NCBI GenBank assembly: GCA_030386295.1 | Contig: JANQAO010000002.1 | Location: forward strand, 186,868-250,867 | Source: Candidatus Doriopsillibacter californiensis | GTDB taxonomy: Bacteria; Pseudomonadota; Gammaproteobacteria; Tethybacterales; Persebacteraceae | Length of the DNA: 64,000 nucleotides | Reading direction: 5' to 3' | Part shown: piece after piece, positions 42,003-51,710 of the stretch | Layout: each line of letters begins with the position of its first letter | Position numbering within the stretch: the stretch's first letter is position 1 | Program-made: the position numbers and the translations under genes | The notes under the pieces: generated by a model | What the model was told of the DNA's origin: nothing | The model's input: the letters and a program-made list of their open reading frames with translations, nothing else | The model's database searches: none

Positions 42003-42937
42003 TCTTCCAATGCCGCTTGCAGTTGCGGGATAATTTCAAATAAATCCCCCACCAATCCGTAATCCGCAATTTCAAAAATAGGCGCGTCCGCATCTTTGTT
42101 AATTGCAACAATACATTTGGAATCGCGAATACCCGCCAAGTGCTGAATGGCTCCAGAAATACCAACGGCCATGTATAAATCGGGCGCGACAATTTTTCCA
42201 GTCTGCCCCACCTGGAAATCATTGGGTGCGTAACCTTCGTCCACCGCGGCACGTGATGCGCCAATACCAGCGCCAAGTTTGTCGGCCAATGCCTCTAATA
42301 ATTTAAAATTATCAGCACTGCCCACACCGCGCCCACCCGAAATGATGATTTGTGCAGCGGTCAATTCGGGACGCTCCAACGCCGATACTCGCTCACCAAT
42401 AAATTCCGTCAACCCGGAGTCACCGCCACTGGTAATCGCTGTCACCTTACAAGGCGTATCGGCATCTCCTGTTACCGGTTCAAATGCTGTTGTGCGGATG
42501 GATAAAAATTTCACCGCATCTAAACTTTGCACCGTCGTAAACGCATTTCCTGCGTAAATCGGACGTACAAAAGTATCAGCAGCTTCAATCCCAATTATTT
42601 CGCTAATCATTTGACTATCCGCTAATGCTGCAGCACGCGGTAACCACATGCGCGCCAGCGAGCCAGCCGCCATAATCACATGCGTTATTTCACCCACTTG
42701 TTCGGCAATTAGCGGAGCACAATTTTCGGCTAACCCGTTTTTATAAGCAATGTTTTCGGCCACACGTACAGCGGCTAACCCCGGAGCGTGACTGACAATA
42801 TCGGCTACGGCACGGCAATTTTCGCCAATCACCAAAGCTTCAATTTGCCCGCCTAATTGACCGGCCGCGGCTAACGCGTAGCGAAAATTTTCTCGCGGCG
42901 CCTGATTATCATGTTCAACAACAATTAATACGCTCAT
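41999..42937 (-). CDS. etfA: Electron transfer flavoprotein alpha subunit
   Basis: GISGAIQHLAGI...VAINKDADAPIF signature. It overlaps both neighbouring genes by 4 nt. Confidence 0.95.
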   Translation of the reverse strand: MSVLIVVEHDNQAPRENFRYALAAAGQLGGQIEALVIGENCRAVADIVSHAPGLAAVRVAENIAYKNGLAENCAPLIAEQVGEITHVIMAAGSLARMWLPRAAALADSQMISEIIGIEAADTFVRPIYAGNAFTTVQSLDAVKFLSIRTTAFEPVTGDADTPCKVTAITSGGDSGLTEFIGERVSALERPELTAAQIIISGGRGVGSADNFKLLEALADKLGAGIGASRAAVDEGYAPNDFQVGQTGKIVAPDLYMAVGISGAIQHLAGIRDSKCIVAINKDADAPIFEIADYGLVGDLFEIIPQLQAALEE

Positions 42938-43686
42938 GACAACACCTTCGCTTCCTCGCGCAACACGCGAACCAATTCTTGAGCATCGGCCACTTTGCGC
43001 CCAGAAGGACGCGGTGGTGGCTCACTAACACGCAGTACTTTTAAGCGCGGCGATAAATCCACACCCAGATCTGCCGCGGTCAGTTCCTCCATCGGCTTAC
43101 GCCGCGCTTTCATAATGTTAGGCAACGTTGCATAGCGTGGTTGATTTAACCGCAAATCGGCGGTCAATACGCAAGGAAGCTTAATACGCACGTTAACAAT
43201 ACCGTTATCCACTTCCGAATCCGCCGATACTGTACCGTCTTCCAGCGTAGCAGCAGATAAAAATAGTCCCTGCCCCCATCCTAATAATGCGGCAACCATT
43301 TGGCCAGTTTGGTTGAAATCTCCATCCGCCGCCTGTTTACCCATCCATATTACTTCCGGTTTTTCGCGACGCGCGACGGCAGCGATGAGTTTGGCTGCTA
43401 TCAGCGGCACCGGTAGCATTTCCGTATTGACTAAAATAGCGCGGTCAGCACCCATTGCCAGTGCCATACGCAAAGTTTCCGCCGTATCTGCACCGCCGGC
43501 TGACATTGCCACCACTTCCGTTACCACACCATTATCTTTCCAGCGTAGGGCCTCTTCCAATGCGTTTTCACAAAATGGATTCATCGCCATTTTGACGTCA
43601 TTTTTTTCTACATCCAATCCATCAGCACGCACCCTGACTTTGACATAGGGATCAATCACCCGCTTGACTGTAACCAGTGCTTTCAT
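42934..43686 (-). CDS. etfB: Electron transfer flavoprotein beta subunit
   Basis: MKALVTVKRVIDPYVKVRV N-terminus and ETF-beta length. Confidence 0.95.
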   Translation of the reverse strand: MKALVTVKRVIDPYVKVRVRADGLDVEKNDVKMAMNPFCENALEEALRWKDNGVVTEVVAMSAGGADTAETLRMALAMGADRAILVNTEMLPVPLIAAKLIAAVARREKPEVIWMGKQAADGDFNQTGQMVAALLGWGQGLFLSAATLEDGTVSADSEVDNGIVNVRIKLPCVLTADLRLNQPRYATLPNIMKARRKPMEELTAADLGVDLSPRLKVLRVSEPPPRPSGRKVADAQELVRVLREEAKVLS

Positions 43687-43807
43687 ATTGTTCTCCTATC
43701 CTCAAAAATATGCTTTTGATAATTTATTAATATGCAATTAAAACAAATTTTTTACGATAATCATTCAAAAAAGCACATTCTTTGCGTATAGTATATAAAA
43801 ATTCATT

Positions 43808-43823
43808 AACTAACTAGTTAGTT
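43808..43823. promoter_or_regulatory. Perfect 16-bp palindrome AACTAACTAGTTAGTT, candidate TetR-family operator in the etfB / regulator divergent intergenic region
   Basis: Exact reverse-complement symmetry, 48 bp upstream of the regulator ATG. A further half-site-like TTAGT lies at about 43848. Confidence 0.5.
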
Positions 43824-43870
43824 TTTATAGTTTTGTATATAATTGAGTTAGTAAATTGGAGAGTGCCTTG

Positions 43871-45385
43871 ATGTTAAAAGAAAAAACGAATGTAGTCGGA
43901 AACCCTGTTGGCAAAGCCGACCGCATGCGTGATCGCCTTATTGATGCCGCAATTGAATCCGTCTACAGAAACGGCTTTTCCGATACAACGGTAGCAAAAA
44001 TCAGTGAAATAGCCGATGTTTCCACTGCTACCGTGCATCATCATTTCACTCACAAAGAAGATTTACTGGAACAAGCGATGTCAGTGTTGCTGGAACAAAT
44101 GCGCCACAAAGTGGTGAATGGCTGTACACAGGCTGAAGGCCCTCGCGGCAAACTGTGGGCGGTTATTCAAGCCGTACTCGGCGAAGAACAAAGCAATGAC
44201 CGCGCTGCCAATGTATGGCTGGCGTTTTGGGTTGCGGCAGAGCATTTTGAATCACTGCGCCGAGTACGCAACATTTACACCCGCCGTTTGTACAGCAATG
44301 TCCGCGGTTATTTACGCCAGATACTTCTGGAAATCGGCGCGCCCAATCCGTTTGAACGGACGGAATACGGCACTTTAATGATTATTTCCGTACTGCACGG
44401 CTCGTGGCTCAGTTTTGCCTTAAAAGAAGAAGCTGCACAAGATTTGGAACGTTGCCGCTTGATGGTTTGGGAATGCTTGGAAATGTTGCTCTCGCGTGCT
44501 CGTGAAAATCTGGTAGGAGATCGCGGTATGGTAGCTACTTCATCGCGCTTGCTAAATGGCGTGAGTTTGGAGATGCTTAGTGCCGACATTGACCAAGCCC
44601 AAAATTGGCATGGTACCTTGAATGATGATTCACGGATGTTTGTGCCACATTTTCGCAATCTTAATATGGAAGAAAGCACCCGTACAGCCGGCAAAATTAT
44701 TGACCAAGGCATGACTCCCGTGGCGCATGTAGCGGCGCGTAATATCGCCGATGAAAACGAATTAGAGCGCATTGTTGCTGGATTTACCGGTGTTGGAGTA
44801 CACGAATTTTTGTTACTTGGCGGCGGCGAGGCAACACCGGCGGGGAAATTCGAAAATTCCATGCAGTTGTTACAGACCGGTATTTTTCAACACTACAACG
44901 CTCGCAAAGTCGGGTTTGCCGGTCATCCTGAAGAACACCCAGCACAGCCGCGAGATATTATGCGCCAGGCGTTGTTAGACAAACTTCGTTATGCCTCTGC
45001 ACACGACATGGAAGCTTTTATTGTCACTCAATTTTGCTTTGCCGTCACTCCTTATTTTGATTTTTTGGACTGGCTCAAAAGCGAAAAAATATCCGTGCCG
45101 GTGCGTTTAGGTATTGCTGGGCGGGTCGGTGCCAAAAAACTATTTAAATATGCTGCATTTTGTGGAATTGGTCGTTCAGTCGGCTTTTTTCGCCGACAAT
45201 TTGGCAAAACGTTGGGACTAGTTAATTTCTCCCCCGAAGGCATTATTGCCGAATTAGCAGGACGCGTAGCAGTGCGTCAATACGATTTTCCCATCAGTCT
45301 CCATTTCTATCCATTTGGAGCTGTTCGAGAAACCTTGGCGGTCATCTCAGAGGCGCAAATCAACGGCGTCGCTGAGGTGGCTTAA
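43871..45385 (+). CDS. BetI-like TetR-family regulator fused in frame to a methylenetetrahydrofolate-reductase-like domain
   Basis: N-terminal HTH TVAKISEIADVSTATVHHHF and the BetI-like WLAFWVAAEH...RRLYSN. The C-terminal ~290 aa carry MTHFR-fold landmarks (VAHVAARN, AGHPEEHP, IVTQFCFA, LHFYPFG). GGAG lies 9 nt upstream of the ATG at 43871. Confidence 0.7.
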   Translation: MLKEKTNVVGNPVGKADRMRDRLIDAAIESVYRNGFSDTTVAKISEIADVSTATVHHHFTHKEDLLEQAMSVLLEQMRHKVVNGCTQAEGPRGKLWAVIQAVLGEEQSNDRAANVWLAFWVAAEHFESLRRVRNIYTRRLYSNVRGYLRQILLEIGAPNPFERTEYGTLMIISVLHGSWLSFALKEEAAQDLERCRLMVWECLEMLLSRARENLVGDRGMVATSSRLLNGVSLEMLSADIDQAQNWHGTLNDDSRMFVPHFRNLNMEESTRTAGKIIDQGMTPVAHVAARNIADENELERIVAGFTGVGVHEFLLLGGGEATPAGKFENSMQLLQTGIFQHYNARKVGFAGHPEEHPAQPRDIMRQALLDKLRYASAHDMEAFIVTQFCFAVTPYFDFLDWLKSEKISVPVRLGIAGRVGAKKLFKYAAFCGIGRSVGFFRRQFGKTLGLVNFSPEGIIAELAGRVAVRQYDFPISLHFYPFGAVRETLAVISEAQINGVAEVA

Positions 45386-45424
45386 TTTTAATAAAACTTT
45401 ATTCTTATTGAGAGAGAGAAAAAC

Positions 45425-46759
45425 ATGTCCATTAAAAAACTATCAGAAGCCGAAGCCACTTGGCCGGCCGATCAATCCTTACTGAAAACGCGCCGCGTAC
45501 CTATTCAATTGCGGCAAAGTGGTGATTCCCATGCCACCCCGGGGCTAGAAGGCATTAGTGCCGAAGGCTCAAGAATGCTGATTGATCAGCGCATTCGCAA
45601 GGGCCCCTACTGGCATCTGTCGCAGGAAGCTGGTTGCTGGTGCCATTCGGTGTACAACCGGATTTATCATCCTCGCGCCTATATCAAACCCGAAGACGGT
45701 GGCTTGATGGAAGAATACAAATATCTTACCGAGCATGTAACCATGTGGAACGTTGCAGTAGAACGCCAAATTCAAGTCAAAGGTCCAGATGCTGAAAAAT
45801 TCGTAGATATGGTTATCACCCGCAAAGCTTCGTCATGTGCGGTAATGAAAGCACGCTATGTGATTCTATGCAATCAATACGGCGGTGTACTCAACGATCC
45901 CGTCATGCTACGTCTTGCCGAAGATGAATTTTGGTTTTCATTGTCAGACTCAGATTTGGAATTTTGGTTGCAAGGCGTAAACGCCTTTGGTCAATACGAC
46001 GTAGAAATTCACGAAATTGACGTGGCACCAGTGCAAATTCAAGGCCCCAAGTCAACGCCGCTCATGCGCAAAATTTTTGGTGCCGCCATTGATGACGTAG
46101 CCTACTATGGTCTTATGCGCGGGGAAATAGGTGGTTGCGAAGTTATTATTTCTCGTTCTGGATTTTCCGCCGAGGCAGGTTATGAAATTTACCTGTACGA
46201 TGCCACAAAAAATGCCGAAAAAATGTGGAATTCTGTATTGGAAGCGGGCAAAGAATTTAACCTCAAAGTTATCGCTCCCGGTCATCATCGCCGCATTGAA
46301 GCTGGTATCCTTTCTTGGGGACAAGATATGGACCAAGAAATAAACCCATTTGAAATTGGCCTTGACTGGCAGGTAGATTTTGGCAAGGATAACTTTATCG
46401 GTAAAGCCGCATTACAAAAAATCAAAGATGCCGGTGTGACCCACAAACTATGTGGTGTGCGCATGGGCGGCAAAGACATTACTTGGTATCCGTCTGATTT
46501 TTATCATGTCTTTGATTCTGATGGCAAAAAATTGGTAGGTTATATCACGTCAGCGTGGTATTCACCAGCACAAAAGTCCAACATCGGCTTTGCCTTTTTA
46601 CCGGTGAAATACACACAATTAGGAACAAACCTGAATGTGTCGTTGCCTGAAATTTACAATCCCGATAATAAACCTGTGGAAGCTGAAGTAGTTTCAACTC
46701 CATTCAAAAAGCCTTATGACCCAGGTACCGGATTGGCAGAAACCGGAAAAAAATTGTAA
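45425..46759 (+). CDS. GcvT-family (aminomethyltransferase-fold) tetrahydrofolate-dependent demethylase-like protein
   Basis: ISRSGFSAEAGYEIY (compare GcvT SRTGYTGEDGFEI), QIQGPKS and GGVLNDPV. A strong SD GAGAGAGAGAAAAAC lies upstream. The N-terminus is ~50 aa longer than typical. Confidence 0.8.
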   Translation: MSIKKLSEAEATWPADQSLLKTRRVPIQLRQSGDSHATPGLEGISAEGSRMLIDQRIRKGPYWHLSQEAGCWCHSVYNRIYHPRAYIKPEDGGLMEEYKYLTEHVTMWNVAVERQIQVKGPDAEKFVDMVITRKASSCAVMKARYVILCNQYGGVLNDPVMLRLAEDEFWFSLSDSDLEFWLQGVNAFGQYDVEIHEIDVAPVQIQGPKSTPLMRKIFGAAIDDVAYYGLMRGEIGGCEVIISRSGFSAEAGYEIYLYDATKNAEKMWNSVLEAGKEFNLKVIAPGHHRRIEAGILSWGQDMDQEINPFEIGLDWQVDFGKDNFIGKAALQKIKDAGVTHKLCGVRMGGKDITWYPSDFYHVFDSDGKKLVGYITSAWYSPAQKSNIGFAFLPVKYTQLGTNLNVSLPEIYNPDNKPVEAEVVSTPFKKPYDPGTGLAETGKKL

Positions 46760-46772
46760 TCATTTCCTCTCA

Positions 46773-46807
46773 AGCAGGTCGGCTAAATAGCCGACCTGCT
46801 TTTTTTG
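46773..46807 (+). terminator. Rho-independent terminator
   Basis: AGCAGGTCGGC-TAAATA-GCCGACCTGCT followed by TTTTTTG. Confidence 0.85.
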
Positions 46808-47002
46808 TGCCTCTGTTACCTGAGTAAAACATAAAACAGTACCAGCTATATAGTAATAAAAATAATTTAGCACTCGGAAAATATTGTTATAGAAACACAA
46901 CACATAAGATACGATAAAAGCTGAACATTTATTTCGTTGTATCAAGTTAATTTAACTATGCTAGGGTTATTTTTTTATCCTTACTTATTCAGACATTAAT
47001 AA

Positions 47003-47905
47003 TTATTTTTTACAGTTATCGTCACCAGGCTCAGTTCGCCGATTAGCGATTAATAAACCGAACATCACCAAACTGGCACCGACAAAAAAGGCAGTTCCGA
47101 TATTCTCGTTCAGCAACATCACACCCAAAATCACCGCCACCAGCGGAATAATAAATGCTGTTTGTGTCGTGTTAACCGCACCGATTGTTCGTATTAGATA
47201 AAAATACAATAAAAACGCACAATACGTACTGAACATTGCCATACTCGCCACGGCCAACAAAGCACCAGCTGGCGGTAGCGGCATTTGCCACGGAGCTTCC
47301 CACAAACACAATGGCAACAACAACAATGTCGCCCAAATCAATTGGCCACAAGCGTTTTCCATAGGCGCAAAATCAGCAGTATAACGGCGGGCAAAAATCG
47401 CTACTACCCCATAAGAAGCTGATGCTGCCAGCCCCGCCATACTCCCCCAAAAAAAGGCATCATCAGTTTCCAGTCCCGGTTGAAAAAGAACCGTAATTCC
47501 AACGACACCGATAAACAATCCTACCAATCGCCGCCAGCGCATGGTTTCTTCACCGACCATACACGCCATTACCAGCGTAAACAAGGGTGTGGTGGAATTG
47601 AGCACTCCTGCCAAAGAACTGTCTATGTATTGTTGTCCCCAAGAAAATCCTGCAAAAGGAAAAGCACTACCAAAAAAAGCGAGGACAATATACTTGCGCC
47701 TTCGTTGCCAAATCACGCCCAACCACATGCCACGAACTCGCAAAGTTATACACAATAGTACTGCCGCTGTACCAATGCGAAAAAAAACGATAGTAAATGG
47801 AGCAAGTGCCTTAAGTGCAATTTCCGCCATCAAGAAAGAACTACCCCACAACACAGCGAGCAATGTTACCAACGCCCAATGACGCGCATTCATTAATAAA
47901 ATCAA
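47003..47905 (-). CDS. DMT-superfamily (EamA-like) transporter
   Basis: 300 aa and 10 predicted TM segments in two EamA-like halves. Confidence 0.8.
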   Translation of the reverse strand: MILLMNARHWALVTLLAVLWGSSFLMAEIALKALAPFTIVFFRIGTAAVLLCITLRVRGMWLGVIWQRRRKYIVLAFFGSAFPFAGFSWGQQYIDSSLAGVLNSTTPLFTLVMACMVGEETMRWRRLVGLFIGVVGITVLFQPGLETDDAFFWGSMAGLAASASYGVVAIFARRYTADFAPMENACGQLIWATLLLLPLCLWEAPWQMPLPPAGALLAVASMAMFSTYCAFLLYFYLIRTIGAVNTTQTAFIIPLVAVILGVMLLNENIGTAFFVGASLVMFGLLIANRRTEPGDDNCKK

Positions 47906-47912
47906 AAACCGT

Positions 47913-49409
47913 TTAGTACAAATTAACCCAAGCTGATTTCATTTGCGTATATTCCAACAAGCTTTCAAAACACTTGTCACGGGTGTTTCCTGATTGTTTA
48001 TAGCCGCCAAAAGGTTGTGTCATATCATCTTCAAAATAAGTATTCACCCACACCACACCGGCTTCAATCTCGCGTACGGCACGGTGAGCGCGACCAATGT
48101 CGCGAGTCCAAACAGATGCAGCCAACCCATAAATAGTGTCATTAGCCAGCTGAATGGCGTCATCAATACCATCAAATGGTAATACCGCAGCAACCGGTCC
48201 AAACACTTCCTCACGCGCCAGTGCTGAATCGCGCTTAACTCTAGTAATAAGAGTTGGTTCAACAAAAGCTCCATCAGCAAGATTTTTTGGCACTCCGCCG
48301 CCAACAACAACGTGAGCGCCAACATCGGCGCTATCTTTAATGCAGCCCAACACTCGTTTTTGATCGGCATGAGTGACTAGTGGCCCAAGCGGCGTTTCCC
48401 ATGCCAGCGGGTTCCCCGGTGCAAACTGCCCCACCAACGAAGCAAGTTTTTCTACAAATTCATCATGCCGGCAACGATCAATGAGTAGCCGTGAACCGGC
48501 ATTACACACCTGTCCTGAATTAGAAAAAATACCTTCTGCCGCTGCCGCTACTGCAGCATCCATGTCGGGCATATCATCCAAAAAAACCTGCGGCGACTTG
48601 CCGCCACATTCTAAGCCCACGCGCTTCATATTGGATTCACCCGCGTAGATGAGCATTTTCTTTCCTACCGCCGTAGAACCGGTAAAACTGATTTTAGCCA
48701 CATTCGGGTGGCGTGCCAGTGCCTGCCCAGCCACTTCGCCAATACCATTGACCACATTAAAAACTCCTGCCGGTCCACCAGCCTCTACAAACAGCCGCGC
48801 CAACAACAAGCACGATAACGGCGCTTGTTCCGCTGGTTTTAATACTACCGTGTTGCCTGCCGCCAGTGCTGGCGCAAATTTCCACGCCGCCATCAACGCC
48901 GGATAATTCCACGGAGAAATAGCACCAACAACTCCCAGCGGCTCGCGCAATACATAATGCAGAACGTCATGCTTAGTAGCCGTAACTTTACCTTCCACTT
49001 TGTCAATGCATTCGGCAAAAAATCGGATAGTTTTAACCACTTCGGGAATATCACCGTCATAGGCACTACATATAGGCTTACCCATACAAAGTGTTTCTAG
49101 TAATGCAAGCGTTTCGGCATTTTGTTTAATCAAATCGGCAAAACGCCACATAATGGCAGCCCGCTTGCGAGGAGCAAGGCAACGCCAAACACCGTCTTTG
49201 TGTGCGGTGGTAGCGGCGGCGACGGCGAGATCAATATCTTTTTGGTTACCGGCGACGGCTTCTATCAGCGTTTCGCCAGTCGCTGGATTGACAACGGCAC
49301 AACGCCCGCCGTCAACGGCATCAAGGTAAGCACCATTAATAAACAATCGTGCTTCAATGTTTAGCGTCGCTGCCGCTTCCTGCCAATCATGTTGTTCGGG
49401 GATAATCAT
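47913..49409 (-). CDS. NAD-dependent aldehyde dehydrogenase (PuuC-like)
   Basis: ALDH motifs (LECGGKSP, GQVCNAGSR, EEVFGP). The N-terminus resembles gamma-glutamyl-gamma-aminobutyraldehyde dehydrogenase (IEARLFINGAY...LETLCMGKPI). Confidence 0.85.
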   Translation of the reverse strand: MIIPEQHDWQEAAATLNIEARLFINGAYLDAVDGGRCAVVNPATGETLIEAVAGNQKDIDLAVAAATTAHKDGVWRCLAPRKRAAIMWRFADLIKQNAETLALLETLCMGKPICSAYDGDIPEVVKTIRFFAECIDKVEGKVTATKHDVLHYVLREPLGVVGAISPWNYPALMAAWKFAPALAAGNTVVLKPAEQAPLSCLLLARLFVEAGGPAGVFNVVNGIGEVAGQALARHPNVAKISFTGSTAVGKKMLIYAGESNMKRVGLECGGKSPQVFLDDMPDMDAAVAAAAEGIFSNSGQVCNAGSRLLIDRCRHDEFVEKLASLVGQFAPGNPLAWETPLGPLVTHADQKRVLGCIKDSADVGAHVVVGGGVPKNLADGAFVEPTLITRVKRDSALAREEVFGPVAAVLPFDGIDDAIQLANDTIYGLAASVWTRDIGRAHRAVREIEAGVVWVNTYFEDDMTQPFGGYKQSGNTRDKCFESLLEYTQMKSAWVNLY

Positions 49410-49485
49410 GCCGCTATTGTATCTTTACGCAGGTAAAAAACGACAGTTTTATAAAAGATTGACTGTTCTGTTTTTGTCGGCAGAG

Positions 49486-51681
49486 TTAATCATCCCGCAG
49501 CGCATTCGGCGCCAATATCTTACGGGCTCCGGTATTGTCCGGGGCGGAAATAAGACCCGCTTTTTCCATATCTTCTATTATGCGGGCGGCACGGTTATAA
49601 CCAATACGCAGTTTGCGCTGAACCAGCGAAATAGAAGGACGTTTGTGACAGAGTACGGCCTCCACCGCCTGATCGTACAAATCATCGGACTCGCCACCGT
49701 TACCGACACTATCGCCACCGCCATAACTCATCGCCGGGTTATCAGTAAGCGGTACATTAAAGTCCACAGCGTAATTACTTTTTCCTTGTTTGCGCAAATG
49801 ACTCGCCACGCGCACTACTTCGTTATCCGAAACATAAGCACCGTGGACTCGCATCGGCAACGGCGCACCCGCCGGCAAATACAGCATATCACCCATACCA
49901 AGCAGCACTTCAGCACCCATTTGATCAATGATGGTACGTGAATCCACTTTCGAAGCCACTTGAAAAGCGATACGACAAGGGACATTAGCTTTGATAACGC
50001 CAGTGATAACATCAACCGAAGGCCGTTGCGTAGCGAGAATCAGATGAATGCCAGCAGCGCGCGCTTTTTGCGCCAAACGGCTGATGGTAATTTCTACTTT
50101 TTTGCCAATTGTCATCATCAAATCCGCTAGTTCATCAATGACAATAACAATGTACGGAAATGGCGTTACGTTTTCACCTTCTTCATTTTTAACTTCGCCA
50201 GCACGAACTTTAGCGTTGTAGCCGACAATATTGCGAGCGCCAACGGTAGACATTTGACGATAACGGTTTTCCATTTCCTGTACTGCCCAGTTCAGTGCTG
50301 CCGGCGCTAAATTCACATCCGTCACCACCGGCGCCAGTAGATGCGGAATATCGTGATAAACCGCCAATTCCAGCATTTTAGGATCAATCAGCAACAACCT
50401 CAGATTATCTGGCGACGAAGAATACAGCAAGCTTAGTAGCATGGCGTTAATACACACTGATTTTCCGGCGCCTGTGGCGCCCGCCACCAACAAGTGCGGC
50501 ATCTTTGCCAAATCAGAAATTAACGGCTTACCGGCAGCGTCTTTTCCCAGTGCCAGTGGTAAGGTGTTTGTGGAATAAGAAGAAGTGTGAATGACGTCAG
50601 CGAAATACACCGTCATGCGATCTTTGTTAGGGATTTCCAATCCCATACAGCTACTGCCGGGAATGGTTTCTAATACACGCACACCGACTACGGACAAGGC
50701 ACGGGCGAGGTCTCGCACCAAAGAAACAATTTGCGCACCTTTGACACCGGTGTCAGGCAGAATATCATAGCGGGTAATAACCGGTCCGGGATGTGAAGCA
50801 AGAACTTTTGCCCGCACGCCAAAATTTTCCAGCGTCTGTTCAATGAGTGTGGCATTATGCTCCAGCACTTCCTGGGAAACGCCACTATCAGTATCAATTA
50901 CTGGATCCAGTAATGATTCTGGCGGCAAAAGCTCCGAAGAAGATTCTTTTAACAACAACGGTTCCGGCAATTTTTGTGGCGGCGGCGCCTTGGGTTTATT
51001 TTTTAATTTCCGACGGCGCGTGATGGCGGTGAAGTGCTGCTCCGGATTTGATAACGTCGTACTGGACGATGGTTTTACTTTTTGTTGTATGCGATGGTCA
51101 TTAATTTTTTTTACTGCACGGATAAAAAACAGAAGACCCTTTTCTAATCCTGCGCCGATGGATTCAAAAAACACAAACCACGACATGCCCACAGCCAAAC
51201 TCCAGCTGATAATCCAAAAACACAGTAACAACATGATGGTGCCGGTTTCTCCAAAAGCATACCGCATGCTGTTTACCACCAGCCCACCTAATCCGCCGCC
51301 GGCACCGGAAGGCAAAAATTCTGCATAACGCACAAAGCGAATATTTTCTAATGCCGCTGACGAAATAATAAACAATATGATTCCCAGCAAGCACCAATGC
51401 CATGCCAGACGGCTTTCTATCAACGGCGGATGCAACGCCGCATACAAAGCAGCAAACGCAATAGCACACAATAAATAAGCTGAATTGCCGAGCACCGACA
51501 ACGCAATATCGGCGGTATAAGCACCGACAAGCCCTCCCCAGTTGAGAATAGTATCGCTATCACCACCGCTCGCCGACCACGCAGGATCATCGGGTGAATA
51601 GGAAAACAGCGTGACAAATAGCAACCCAATGCCAAAACAGCCGGCAATCAGGATAATTTCACGAACAGCGCGGCTAGGCAT
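49486..51681 (-). CDS. ftsK: DNA translocase FtsK
   Basis: N-terminal TM domain, linker, motor domain with Walker A GATGAGKS, and the C-terminal gamma domain (LYDQAVEAV...SISLVQRKLRIGYNRAARII). Confidence 0.9.
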   Translation of the reverse strand: MPSRAVREIILIAGCFGIGLLFVTLFSYSPDDPAWSASGGDSDTILNWGGLVGAYTADIALSVLGNSAYLLCAIAFAALYAALHPPLIESRLAWHWCLLGIILFIISSAALENIRFVRYAEFLPSGAGGGLGGLVVNSMRYAFGETGTIMLLLCFWIISWSLAVGMSWFVFFESIGAGLEKGLLFFIRAVKKINDHRIQQKVKPSSSTTLSNPEQHFTAITRRRKLKNKPKAPPPQKLPEPLLLKESSSELLPPESLLDPVIDTDSGVSQEVLEHNATLIEQTLENFGVRAKVLASHPGPVITRYDILPDTGVKGAQIVSLVRDLARALSVVGVRVLETIPGSSCMGLEIPNKDRMTVYFADVIHTSSYSTNTLPLALGKDAAGKPLISDLAKMPHLLVAGATGAGKSVCINAMLLSLLYSSSPDNLRLLLIDPKMLELAVYHDIPHLLAPVVTDVNLAPAALNWAVQEMENRYRQMSTVGARNIVGYNAKVRAGEVKNEEGENVTPFPYIVIVIDELADLMMTIGKKVEITISRLAQKARAAGIHLILATQRPSVDVITGVIKANVPCRIAFQVASKVDSRTIIDQMGAEVLLGMGDMLYLPAGAPLPMRVHGAYVSDNEVVRVASHLRKQGKSNYAVDFNVPLTDNPAMSYGGGDSVGNGGESDDLYDQAVEAVLCHKRPSISLVQRKLRIGYNRAARIIEDMEKAGLISAPDNTGARKILAPNALRDD

Positions 51682-51710
51682 ATCGCCACACCGCACCGCA
51701 ATAACAAAGA

